DNA of 64,000 nt from the NCBI GenBank assembly GCA_051362555.1, contig CM120649.1, positions 62,001 through 126,000 on the forward strand, given 5' to 3'. Source of the DNA: Lingula anatina (lineage: Eukaryota > Animalia > Brachiopoda). Shown in pieces: positions 1 through 11,581 of this stretch (the first letter of the stretch is position 1; each line of letters starts with the position of its first letter). The notes beneath the pieces are model-generated. The model ran no database searches. It was not told the origin of the DNA and was given only the letters and a program-made list of their open reading frames with translations. The translations under genes were made by a program, and so were the position numbers.

Positions 1-1
1 A

Positions 2-2686
2 GCTGTGTGGGTGAGGTCCCCAGAAAACATATGCAGAAGGCTTATATATGCCAACCATTCGTTCACAGATGACATGGGAGGACTGAGCCAACACGTTGAC
101 CACCGCGAATCGCTCTTGGCTCTTTGTGAGATAGCTTCGAAACGCAGCATTTTCAACTGTTCACAGCACCAGTTTGGATGTGAAGATGGCAGTTGTATAT
201 CTAGTGTTAATGTGTGTGATGGGACCTCGGACTGCGCTGAAGGAGAAGATGAGAAGAATTGTACTTGTGGACAACACACTTTCAGTTGTTCCGATGGCAC
301 ATGTATCCCAATTAGTAAAGTATGTAATCATGTCAACGACTGTCCTAATGGAACCGATGACGAGAATTTTTGTATTTATCCGCCGTGTAAAACAGGGCAG
401 TACAGATGCCAGAATGGGGAATGTATCGACGAGAAAGACAAGTGCAACTTTTTTAAAGACTGCTTAGACGGATCTGACGAAATCCCACAAATTTTGTGCC
501 CCTATGAAAAGTGTTACTCTGGCAAATATTTAGCTCCTCAAAACGTGGACGATCGCTATCCAGATTGCTTTGGTGTGACACAAGAGGATGAGTCATTTTC
601 AATGATTCCAGCAATTAAGCGCACGTGCTCGGATTGCGAAGATCGTTTTCGGTTATTCGGTAATTTATCTCTACCTTATTGTTCGAAGACAAATGAAATT
701 AGATGCGCACCCGAACATGTTCGGTGTATTGATCGCCATCTGGCATGCGTTCACGACAAAATCAAGCACGAACGATTTCAAACATGCAGAGGATTTGAAC
801 ATTTGCAAAACTGCGCCTGCTTTCAGTGTCCACACATGTACAAGTGTCCTGGCTCGTTTTGTGTCCCACTTCGACAGGTGTGCGACGGGGAGAAAGACTG
901 TCCAAGAGGAGAGGACGAGACTGGATGTGCTAATTACACATTTCCTGGTAGTTTCAGGTGTAAAGGAGAACGGCAGTATCTGCACCAGGGCGAGGTTTGC
1001 AACGGTGTGGTCAACTGTGAATTTTCTGATGATGACGAAAGGTTCTGTGAAATAAAGACATGCCCTATGAACTGTTTCTGTAGTGGGTATTACGTAGACT
1101 GCACAGGAGGAAATGCATCCAAGGTACAGAATATATCGCCATTCACCAGAGGCCTTGCTTTTGGGGACAACAAACTTCATTTAACAAACAAAACGTTTGC
1201 AAGACATCATTTGCTTGTGAAACTTAATGTCAGTTCAAATGAAATCAATACCATTCCAATCAAGACATTTATTCATTTAAATAACCTATTAGAGTTGGAC
1301 CTACGCGGTAACAAATTGTCTTCTCTGCAGGCAAATACCTTCATTGGTTTGTTTAATTTGAAAACCTTGTTGCTAAGTGGAAACCCATTATCTATAATTT
1401 TCCCCGGCACGTTTGATGGTGTTTCGATCCTAAGTGCTTTAGACCTAAGTAAGCTTCATATCAATACCATTCATGCACATACATTTCAAGGATTAGACTC
1501 GTTGAAAAGTCTGAATATAAGTTTCAACAAAATATCCACGATAAAGGATGGTGCTTTTCATGATTTGCCCAAATTGGATACAGTTGATATGTCTGGGAAT
1601 GAGGGCGTCTTTGTCGAAAGTGAAGTTTTCGTAAATTTTTCAGCTAAAACATTAATAACAGACAGGTTTGAAATCTGTTGTCTCGCTGTTGGGAGAGTAA
1701 ACGAATGTTTACCCAAACCTGACGAATTTTCCTCATGTTCTGATCTGCTTTACGATAAGTTCTTACAAGTATCTGTCTGGGTTATGGGAATTCTTAGTTT
1801 GGTTGGTAACCTTTTTGTTTTTGTGAACAGACTACGTGAAAACAAAATGACCCCTCAAATATTTTTCATAGTTAACCTCTCAGTTTCTGATTTCCTTATG
1901 GGTGTATATTTGATTATAATCGCCTCGGTTGACAACCTCTACCGTGGGGAGTATTTTGTTCATTCCGAAGTCTGGACAGATAGTGTTTTATGCAAGACTG
2001 CGGGGTTCCTTACCATGCTTTCAACATTGATGTCTATGCTGATATTAGTTTTGATTACAACAGACAGAATGATAGCTATTGTTTTCTGTATGTCGTTTCG
2101 AAAAATTGGAATGAAGAGAGCATCCGTTTTAGTGACAGTTGGGTGGGTCTTTTGCTTTATCTCAAGTATCATTCCTTGTTTTGAAATTGGATATTTTGAA
2201 AAATTCTATGGTCATAATTCTGTTTGTATACCCTTTACTATAAGCAGAGTATACTTTGGTGGTCGTGAGTACGCGTACGCCATGTTTTTATTTACCACTC
2301 TTATCGCTTTTGTCTACGTGGCAGTGGCATATATGTGCATAATAAAAAGCGTCTTTGAGACTCAACAGCAATCTGGACGTGAGGCTTTTGAAGAAGTTAC
2401 TCTTTTGAAAAAAGTGTCCATTATTTTACTGACAGATTTTGTATGCTGGGGGCCGGTTACATTATTAGGGTTTTTAAGTATGGCCAACGTGCCAATTCCA
2501 CCGCAAGTGTCAAGCTGGGTAGCCGTGTTCGTGATACCGTTCAACTCCGCTATCAACCCCTATTTGTACACACTTGCCAACGTTAAGCTATGTGGTAAGA
2601 AAGAAAAATCAACGACAAGCTACACTCCTGTAGCCAGACATTACACACAAGAACAAGTACCCGATATCAAAGAAACCGAGGTATGA
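2..2686 (+). CDS. GRL101-like LDLa/LRR-containing GPCR (LGR type C), 5'-partial; reading frame open from the window edge
   Basis: About 7 LDLa modules, some degenerate (e.g. CSQHQFGCEDGSCISSVNVCDGTSDCAEGEDEKNC; CPHMYKCPGSFCVPLRQVCDGEKDCPRGEDETGC). These are followed by an LRR N-cap CPMNCFC, about 7 LRRs (LxxLxLxxN), the hinge CLPKPDEFSSCSDLL, and 7 TM helices with NLSVSDFLMG, TDR, TDFVCWGP and NSAINPYLYT. Stop TGA at 2684-2686. The GTG 'start' in the track is not a real start. Confidence 0.93.
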   Translation, partial: AVWVRSPENICRRLIYANHSFTDDMGGLSQHVDHRESLLALCEIASKRSIFNCSQHQFGCEDGSCISSVNVCDGTSDCAEGEDEKNCTCGQHTFSCSDGTCIPISKVCNHVNDCPNGTDDENFCIYPPCKTGQYRCQNGECIDEKDKCNFFKDCLDGSDEIPQILCPYEKCYSGKYLAPQNVDDRYPDCFGVTQEDESFSMIPAIKRTCSDCEDRFRLFGNLSLPYCSKTNEIRCAPEHVRCIDRHLACVHDKIKHERFQTCRGFEHLQNCACFQCPHMYKCPGSFCVPLRQVCDGEKDCPRGEDETGCANYTFPGSFRCKGERQYLHQGEVCNGVVNCEFSDDDERFCEIKTCPMNCFCSGYYVDCTGGNASKVQNISPFTRGLAFGDNKLHLTNKTFARHHLLVKLNVSSNEINTIPIKTFIHLNNLLELDLRGNKLSSLQANTFIGLFNLKTLLLSGNPLSIIFPGTFDGVSILSALDLSKLHINTIHAHTFQGLDSLKSLNISFNKISTIKDGAFHDLPKLDTVDMSGNEGVFVESEVFVNFSAKTLITDRFEICCLAVGRVNECLPKPDEFSSCSDLLYDKFLQVSVWVMGILSLVGNLFVFVNRLRENKMTPQIFFIVNLSVSDFLMGVYLIIIASVDNLYRGEYFVHSEVWTDSVLCKTAGFLTMLSTLMSMLILVLITTDRMIAIVFCMSFRKIGMKRASVLVTVGWVFCFISSIIPCFEIGYFEKFYGHNSVCIPFTISRVYFGGREYAYAMFLFTTLIAFVYVAVAYMCIIKSVFETQQQSGREAFEEVTLLKKVSIILLTDFVCWGPVTLLGFLSMANVPIPPQVSSWVAVFVIPFNSAINPYLYTLANVKLCGKKEKSTTSYTPVARHYTQEQVPDIKETEV

Positions 2687-3085
2687 CCATCTTTTGTTGG
2701 TTTGTTGCAGAGCAACACTTAAATGTTATCAATTTGGGGGAAATGTTGAGGCAAGGTTTGGAGTATTAAGGGCAGAATTAACTTTTCGGATCGCTTTAGA
2801 CACAAAATAGTTTGTTTGGTTTATGTTTAGAATTCAACATGTTTGTCAATTGCAAAACAGCATAACACATATTCTCTGAAGTTGAAACTAATGAACTGTA
2901 TATAGTTTGATTTAGGATATATCTGTAAAATCATGCATGTTAAATACTTTACTACGTTTTTTTAGAAAACATAGTCTGCTATTTTGGTTTGCACATAGAA
3001 AAGTTGGTCAATTTTGTATTATTTTTCAATTTTGTCGTGGCCCTGTATTTACAACGTGGCAACATCTACATGTATCAGGGGGCAT

Positions 3086-4088
3086 TGTGCATTATATGTT
3101 GTATGGAACAGTATGTAAAGTTCAATGTGCATTGTATGTTGTATGGAACTGTATGTAAAGTTCAATGTGCATAATATGTTGTATGGAACTATATGTAAAG
3201 TTCAATGTGCATTGCATGTTGTATGGAACTGTATGTAAAGTTCAATGTGCATTAAATGTTGTATGGAACTGTATGTAAAGTTCAATGTGCATTATATGTT
3301 GTATGGAACTGTATGTAAAGTTCAATGTGCATTGTATGTTGTATGGAACTGTATGTAAAGTTCAATGTGCATAATATGTTGTATGGAACTGTATGTAAAG
3401 TTCAATGTGCATTGCATGTTGTATGGAACTGTATGTAAAGTTCAATGTGCATTGCATGTTGTATGGAACTGTATGTAAAGTTCAATGTGCATAATATGTT
3501 GTATGGAACTATATGTAAAGTTCAATGTGCATTGCATGTTGTATGGAACTGTATGTAAAGTTCAATGTGCATTAAATGTTGTATGGAACTGTATGTAAAG
3601 TTCAATGTGCATTAAATGTTGTATGGAACTGTATGTAAAGTTCAATGTGCATTGCATGTTGTATGGAACTGTATGTAAAGTTCAGTGTGCATTAAATGTT
3701 GTATGGAACTGTATGTAAAGTTCAATGTGCATTAAATGTTGTATGGAACTGTATGTAAAGTTCAATGTGCATTGCATGTTGTATGGAACTGTATGTTAAG
3801 TTCAATGTGCATTAAATGTTGTATGGAACTGTATGTAAAGTTCAATGTGCATTGCATGTTGTATGGAACTGTATGTAAAGTTCAATGTGCATTGCATGTT
3901 GTATGGAACAGTAAGTAAAGTTCAATGTGCATTAAAATGTTGTATGGAACAGTAAGTAAAGTTCAATGTGCATTAAATGTTGTATGGAACTGTATGTAAA
4001 GTTCAATGTGCATTGCATGTTGTATGGAACAGTAAGTAAAGTTCAATGTGCATGATATGTTGTATGGAACTGTATGTTAAGTTCAGTG
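3086..4088. repeat. 40-bp tandem array (~25 copies), unit GTATGGAACTGTATGTAAAGTTCAATGTGCATTGCATGTT
   Basis: 40-nt periodicity is directly visible. Variation is concentrated in the ATTGC/ATTAA/ATAAT segment. Confidence 0.97.
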
Positions 4089-4288
4089 GCTTATTGCAAG
4101 ACAACATATATCATGGATAGTATATTTCTGATGAAATGAGACTACATATGAGTAAAACTGTATTACCATTGTACATTATCTTGTCTTGGTCATATACAGC
4201 GACCTCTATTGTAATAGTTGTAACGGTTCCTGTAAGTAAACATTGATATAGTTGTGAAGTATGTAATCTTGAATGAATTTTAAATGTA

Positions 4289-4294
4289 AATAAA
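4289..4294 (+). terminator. Candidate polyadenylation signal (AATAAA) for the GPCR gene
   Basis: First AATAAA I noticed after the stop codon and the 40-bp array; not verified by transcript data. Confidence 0.35.
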
Positions 4295-5814
4295 ACTTGA
4301 ATGAACCAATGAACTATTTATCTCATTGATCATCAACAACAAAAAAAAAAATAATAATTGAATGGTCTTATCTACCAGTTGCAGGAACTGGTGTGAAAAA
4401 GTATAAAATCATCATAAGCAATTCCAAGTACAGTGTGTGTTTAATCTGGATCACATAACCCAACAAACACTAATCTGCAAATGAAAAAGAACTGGAAAAA
4501 AGAGATTTATAAAGAACCAACAATACCTGGGCAAAAGCACTGGACAACTGACAATTTGATTTTAAAATTCACTGAAAAATTTCCAAGTCATATTGTCTAC
4601 ATATCGTTCCTGCTTCAAATCATTCCCAATTCAGACCTTGAAATCCGTTACACCCCTCGAAACAAATATCTGACCTCGATAGCTCTTTCTGAAATGTAAG
4701 GGCACATTCCAAATGGAACTATCACTATACGTAGATCGATTCAACTCGATTCAACGGGAATTCTTGCTGAACTTATCCAAAACTATTCACAGAAGAATGG
4801 TTCATAATTCTTTTTTAAGTTCCGAGTTTCAAGTCATTCTCGTAATGGAGATAAAAATGCAGATTTCACTCGCAAGCGTGCATATCAAAAATTAGATTCA
4901 GTAAAAAGGTTAGGAAAGGGTAAACCTTACCGGCAAAGGGAAATGTGCTTTTTCGTTTTGTTATTTGAAAAGTCCTAAACGCACTATTTGCCTCTACACG
5001 GGTGTGATTTCGTACAAATTGTGGTAGGTGAGATTGATATTAATTGTGGTAGGTGAGATTTGAAAAAGTTTTCGACTGATAATAAAAAACATAAGGAAAA
5101 AAAAACGAAATGGAATGTTTAGAAATTTAAACAGTTTCTCTGGCGTCATGGCTATGAATCTGACATCGAATTTAGTTCAAAATATTAGTAAATTCAGAAT
5201 TATTAGCTAAAACGTAAATTGACATCTGCCCTAATTTGTCAGATAACCAAAAATGCCGGTGATCCAAGCGGAGGGTACGCTTTCCTGAAGGTAGCGGCGA
5301 AGAACGGAGACGATATTTTTCTGAACAACTTAACCTGTCTGACAGTGGACCTGTATTAGTTATGAAAAGCCCCCTTTTCAACAGGCGTGTTTTATAATTA
5401 CTTCGTGTCACAAAGAAAATTTATACAGGCAAAACTTTATTCAAGGAACTAGTTTCACGAAATGAACGAAAGTAAAATATAAGTCGGCACAAATATAAGT
5501 CATACAACAATGAGTCTGTATTTTTAAAAAGTATAGTCTCTCCTGTTATGGGCCATGTCGGATTATAATGGCATACCTTGATGCAAAACAGTCTATCGTT
5601 TCTTCCACCGCGAGTCCCTTTATTTAATGTATTGTATTACTCATATTACCTATTTCATTTGACACTCTCTCTCTCTCTGTTTCTCTCCCTTCCCCTTTCT
5701 CGTGTTAGAAGGAGGGTAAATAATTAAGCACTCAAAATCTGCATCACCAATCTTCAGAAAAGAATAAGTCAAAGAACCAGTTGGCTGATCCATAACATCC
5801 GACAAAGCAAGCTA

Positions 5815-6345
5815 CAGGTATGGCATGCTGGAATTACCGCACAGCAATCTAAAGCCTTAGAGAACATCCAAAAAAGGGCTCTTCATATTATATATCCTGA
5901 ACTCACTTACAACGAAGCAATGGACATCACTGAATTACCTACCTTGAAATCTCGGCGTACTGACTTATGCAAAAAATTATTTAATGAGATAAAACTGTGT
6001 ACACATAGATTAAACCATCTTTTACCTAACACTCGTGTCATAGAAAAGGACCTAAGGAATGTTAATAGATATGTTTTACCAAAATGTCGGACAAAAAGAT
6101 ATAGAAACACTTTTATCCCATACTGTTTATATACGTGTCAATGATCAAGGTCTATCCATGAACTTTTAGCTTTTGAAAATAACAACGAATCACCATTTTT
6201 AACCTCATTATTGGTTTTATAACTTAGAATTTATCTAAAAGCTCTATTTTAGTACTACATCTTTATACTTTTATACATATACATTCAATATATGTCTTAT
6301 ATATTGCAAAGAACACAATAAACCTTTATTTTTTTATTTTTTTAC
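5815..6345 (+). mobile_element. 5'-truncated non-LTR retrotransposon (CR1/L2-group) ORF2 C-terminus and 3' UTR
   Basis: Frame reads VWHAGITAQQSKALENIQKRALHIIYPELTYNEAMDITELPTLKSRRTDLCKKLF...HRLNHLLP...PKCRTKRYRNTFIPY*, the typical post-RT tail of CR1/L2-type LINEs. It ends near AATAAA (~6318) followed by a T-rich tail. Confidence 0.8.
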
Positions 6346-6517
6346 AAAGCAGAATGAATCAAATAGCAGCTAGCACAGATTTATATGCAGATAGCTATAG
6401 TGTCACTACATACATAATCAGATGCACGCGCGAAGCTGTTGAACAAAATGACAGTTCGCTACGGGAGACCAATGTCACCAAATTCACACACAATTAGCAT
6501 TAGGGTGTGCCTGTTAA

Positions 6518-7610
6518 AACCCCCTTTACACTGGACGGCGTCCTTTCTGCGTCCTTTGTGCGACCATGGAACTGGCCAGGACGCACAGTGATCGCCAAGG
6601 TCGCACAAAGAACGTTCAAGCATCGCCGAGGACGCCATGGACGCCGCGAAGTTTGAGCATGTTCAAAACAATCGCAGAGAGAACGCTCAATGGACGCAGA
6701 AAGGACGCGTAAGCATCGCCGCGGTCGTAGAAAGGAGGCACAAGCATCGCTTTGGTTGCAGAATGAAAACTCAAAGATTGTCCAGTGTTCGGCACGTAGA
6801 AATTTTTTTTCACTCTCAAACGGGGCCGTGCTGAGGCATTTTTCACCAGACAGGAATTCTAAGGGTAACAGTGATCTCATATCAGCCTCCAATTGTTTTT
6901 TCCTCCTAAATTCATGAAACGATCCTTTTTTTTTTTTTTTTTTTTTTTGAGGTTATTATAAAACGAATATTTTGCCTTTTTTACAAGATACATTAATTGT
7001 CAGAACTTTTTGCAGAATGCGTCATTTGAAAACGGATTCAAATATTCTATGTTGTGTCAGTCACACTTTCTCGTTTTCGGCGCCTGTCCATCCTTCTTAT
7101 AAGGATAACAATGAACATATGGCTGATTATCAGTCCATGCAGGCCTTGCATCACTATAGTTTAAAGCGTTTATTCCCATTTATTTGTTCTGTGTGCTGGT
7201 AATGTTCTTTATTGGATGACCTGGTTAGAACCGATGAAAACATAGGAGTTAGGATATAGAGAAGGACGCCCAAACAACGCACATCGGTCAAGCAGGATGC
7301 AGAATGATCGTAGAATAGACGTCACTGATTGCCCATGAAGGTACAGACAACGCAGCAAGAATGCTCAATGGTCGGTCAAACATCGCAATGGACGCCTTGG
7401 GTTGCACAGGGGACGTACAGTGGAGGCAGGCAGGTTGCTCGCAGTTTTACAGGTAAAATCAAGATTCGGTCGTTCAAAGGACGCACAAGGGACGCAGCCG
7501 CCTTTACACTGAGACACGATTTAATTGCTTTGGCGACCGTTGAGCGTCCTGACCACATTTTTGAACGCAGAAGGGACGCAGAAAGGACGCCGTCCAGTGT
7601 AAAGGGGCCC
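6518..7610. mobile_element. PIF/Harbinger-type non-autonomous element (MITE) with TAA TSD
   Basis: TIRs CCCCTTTACACTGGACGGCGTCCTTTCTGCGTCC (6521-) and GGACGCAGAAAGGACGCCGTCCAGTGTAAAGGGGCCC (-7610). TAA lies at 6515-6517 and 7611-7613. GGACGC/CATCGC motifs repeat subterminally around an AT-rich core with no transposase. Confidence 0.85.
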
Positions 7611-10091
7611 TAAAGGTCACGTGCCTAACAGCGAGTGCGTCTACCGCGTACTGCAATTATCTCCTGTAGACGGCGCGACAAGCCTTCAACACGGGTAACA
7701 ATTCTGTTTGATGGTGTCTTTTCAATTTAATAGACATTTCTTTACATCTGTAGTCACAGTGAAACAGTGGATTTGAGAGGGTATCTCTTATAAATTTTAC
7801 TAAATGGTATAAAATGTGTATATTTTCACCACTATTTTGTATTTTTTAACCAATTCTAACGTACCCTGTGCACAGATTTTTTAACTAAATCGGTAGAATT
7901 AGTAGGGGCAGTAAGGTTTTTCATGCGAAATAGTCAAGATGGGAAAATTCTGGGGAATGGCTCTTTTAAATTTTTGGCTGTTGAATTTTAGGGAGTGCTT
8001 AGTTTGTAATAAAATTATGTGTCATAATTTTGGTACAGTAAAATAGTCAAACCTGAAATTAAAGAACAGGATAAAGGTTATTGAATTTACAAATAAGACA
8101 TAATCAATTAAAACTCAAATTGTTTATTGCTTTGGTGACAAAATTCTATCAAAAGACTAAGAATATTCATATTTTGTATTTTCACTCGTCACTCGGAACT
8201 TAGCATTTACAATTTTTTTCACACAGTTCCAAATCCTGGAATTAAATTCTTCATTTTTAACGTATACAATGCGGGTTACACCTTTAATAAAGCAAAAGAA
8301 AAACCAGAAAATTTCAGCAATTTTTCCTTTAGATTTACAAAAGCCGTTTCGAAAACTACGATCTGAAAACTCCGTTTGGGGTAACACATCTCTACCATTC
8401 TGTGGCCACCTGTGAAACTCACGTATTCACGTTACTTAAGTCTAAACTTCTTTTGAAGGTTAAAAACATGCCGTCTTGTTGAGTAAAAATGGTCATTTTT
8501 ACTGACCGCAATCGATCATTTTGTCTGAGTAATGGAGTTTATAAAGTTCATACATATAGGACTCTATTTGCAAAAATTACATGTAGGTACAAACTGATTT
8601 GGCTAATCCAAGTCCACCTGTTAAACTGCATAAAAAGAACATGGATATATTACATGGTTTTTGTTATTTATCTCAATTTGCTATTCTGAATTGTAATCGT
8701 AATATCACCGATTTTTCTAAAATAAAGGTGAATAGTATGTGCAATGTTTTTGTAATTATCTGTTAATTACGACTTGCATTTGTGATATTAATTTGTTGAC
8801 CGGATCTCACTTTTGCTTAAAGGGAACAGTCATGTGATCCACAGTTTCCCATTTTGAAAACTGATGCTTTTTTAACAATTCTATTTCAGCAGCATTTTCA
8901 GTATATCTAACAGCAGGTGCAGAAATGTTGTTTATGTTCTCGTATGAGAACATTATTAATGTTCAGAAAGGTATAAAACATTTCTTACACATTTTTGGAC
9001 TTAATAAATGCAAGTTGGAATAAGTTATGCCATAATTTGCCCTCCTTTTTGCCTAGATTTGATAATTACATATGTTGCAATTGCTAAAATGCGTTTTTCA
9101 GTAATCGCTGTCTTTAGGGTATTGTTCTTTTTTCACGTTCTCTATTGAAGTTTATCTCTTATAGTGTATTTAAATTTATTGGTTGCTGTTCAATGTTTAT
9201 TTCACAAACGACTTGACAATTTTTTTTGAAAAACATAATAAAAATGTGTTTTTCATTCCAAGCAAAAACTGTCAAAATTTTTGTCGTATTAAATGTAGAA
9301 AAAGCCATATCCTGAAAAAATTCAGAGCATTTTATGGTTAAAATGAAACAAAAATAATGGCAGGTACAAGGTATTTTAAAAGGGTGTCACATTTTGAAAT
9401 TTTTGGCAATTTGGAGTATTTTTGTGACTTTTAAAATTATGTGATAGAGTAAGTCTTTCGGGTTTTTTTTTACAGCGGTAGTGTGACGTGAGACTACCGC
9501 TAGATCTGCCGTTGTTGTTGTTAAAATGAAATTTTAAAATCTGATTGTCATTTTTATCTTAAATAGTGTTTTATATTATTACAAGATCAAGTAGTTCATT
9601 AGATAGTTTATTTATCAAATCAAATTTGAGCCAGTCTTACATGTAATGCAGATATAAATGTTCTTGTTTAACATTATTGAATATTCAAAACTTGTTGTGA
9701 TTAAAATATTTAAAAAATCTTAAACATATGGATGTTTGAAAATATGAGAATACATCAATGGTAGATTATTCTGCTCCAAATAAAATACTTTACAACTACA
9801 TGTACAAAGTATATGCAAAATGACTTGGCGTTTTTGTTTGCTCAGCGGAACTCTAAGGGTGGGGTTCGATTGGGGTACTTGGAACACGTGAAGTTTTTCC
9901 CAAAGGCTCCTTAAGTTCCCTTTAGTTACTATAAAAGAAAAGTCTACCAGGGGTGGGAGGGCGGGAACACTTAGGGGAGTGGATAGCACGCGTTACTCGG
10001 TCCCAGCAAATTACCTTTTGCAAACAAAAATTCAAATAAGTAATTTAAACTGCGACAAAAGGGTCTTCCGACTAAGAAAGGGGCAAGTAAC

Positions 10092-10155
10092 GCCAGTGGC
10101 TCAACAGATTAGACGGCAGAATATCAAGCAGGAGATGACGAGTTCGAGGCGAGCT
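10092..10155 (+). mobile_element. Possible decayed tRNA-derived SINE head
   Basis: A-box-like AGTGGCTCAACAG and B-box-like GAGTTCGAGGC at tRNA-like spacing; no intact cloverleaf. Confidence 0.3.
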
Positions 10156-10548
10156 AGAAAAATTTGGTTCACTGATGAAAGTTTTGAAGTAAAGCATTTG
10201 TACGTTTATTATTGCCAAATTAATTATTTACTGCATTAAGCAGTTTACATAGATAATGAAAATATAACATTTTGTGCTCTAAATTAAAACAAAAAAAACA
10301 GTATGTATCTGTTAATAAAACAAGTCGAAGATTTCATGCATTTGGAAACATTTTTACTAAAATACAGAATCCTTTGATTTACGAATAAAGTTATGAATTG
10401 TAACATTTGAAAGACGTTGGCAAGAACTGATAATGAACAAAATGGACTTTTACTGGCCAAATTTTTGTCAAAGTTCACATAAGTACCTTGTCGTCATCGA
10501 ATTACATCAAAAACATTTCCGTCCAAATTCAGAGGTTGTAACAATTTT

Positions 10549-11581
10549 AACTAGATGGTGTCGATGGGTAGCCATTGCATATCTCCGCGCTTCCCCATAG
10601 AGCAGCTCACCCCTAGGGACCACTTACCACACGCACGTACACACACATCACTGCTCCATCCAATGGTATTTAAATATAAATGTAAAAAAATCTACAATGT
10701 TAAAATAATTTAGAATCAACCAACCCTCAGGGACAGCCCAACCCCCTGTTGCACTAAAATTCCAAAGTGCCCATGCACCTCCCTGATGATGGGTATACAA
10801 ATCACTTAAGTTTCAACTTCCTAACTCTAATGGTCTAGGGCAGATGGCAGAAATTACAATGTCTTAAGAATTTAGAATCAACCATCCCCAGGGTACAGCC
10901 CAACCCCCTGTGGCACTAAAATTCCAAAGTGCCCATGCACATCCCTGATGATGGGTAAACTATTCACCAAAGTTTCAGCTTCCTAACTCTGATGGTCTAG
11001 GGGGAGATAGCAGAAATTTCAATGTGATAAAAATTTAGAATCAACCACCTCCCGGGGACAGCCCAAACCCCTGTGGCACTAAAATTCCAAAATGCCCATG
11101 CACATCCCTGATGATGGGTACACTAATCACCAAAGTTTCAACTTCCTAACTCTAATGGTCCAGGGGGAGATAGCAGAAATTACAATGTGAAAAGAATTTA
11201 GAATCAACCAACCCCCAGGGAAAGCCCAACACCCTGTGACACTAAAATTCCAAAGTGCCCATGCACATCCTTGATGACGGGTCTACCAATTCCAATAGTT
11301 TCAGTTTCTTATCTGCAATGGTCTAACAGGAGATAGTGAAAATTACAGTGTCATAAGAATTTTGAATTAACTACCCCCCAGGGACAGCCCAACCCCCTGT
11401 TGCACTAAATTTCCAATGTGCCCATACACATCCCTAAAGATGGGTCTACCAATTCCAAAAGTTTCAACTTCCTACCTGCAATAGTCTAGGAGGAGATAGC
11501 GGAAATTACTAACACACAGACGCACGGATGGGCGGGAAAACATGATCCCCGACTTTTGTCCCAAAAGTGCGGGGATAAAAA
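10549..11581 (-). mobile_element. Helentron-associated interspersed element (HINE) carrying 5 x ~163-bp tandem repeats
   Basis: On the - strand: T-run, subTIR TATCCCCGCAC with hairpin partner GTCGGGGAT, a short CCGTGCGTCTGTGTG microsatellite, then an internal array (monomer landmarks at 10711, 10873, 11036, 11199, 11362). The second subTIR is TATCTCCGCGC on + at ~10580, and the element ends in an imperfect palindrome and CTAGTT. This matches the layout known for molluscan HINE/pearl-type elements. Confidence 0.8.

Noticed and set aside
174-2556. Short alternative-frame and antisense ORFs inside the GPCR (likewise 40348-41388 inside AChE)
   Set aside because: Shadow ORFs of the real coding sequences with no independent features.
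9858-10155. tRNA gene
   Set aside because: Only isolated box-like motifs; acceptor and anticodon stems cannot be formed.
10780-11290. Hammerhead ribozyme suggested by CTGATGA in the 163-bp monomers
   Set aside because: No stem II followed by GAAA and no stem III; CTGATGA sits inside a CCCAT/ATGGG hairpin.
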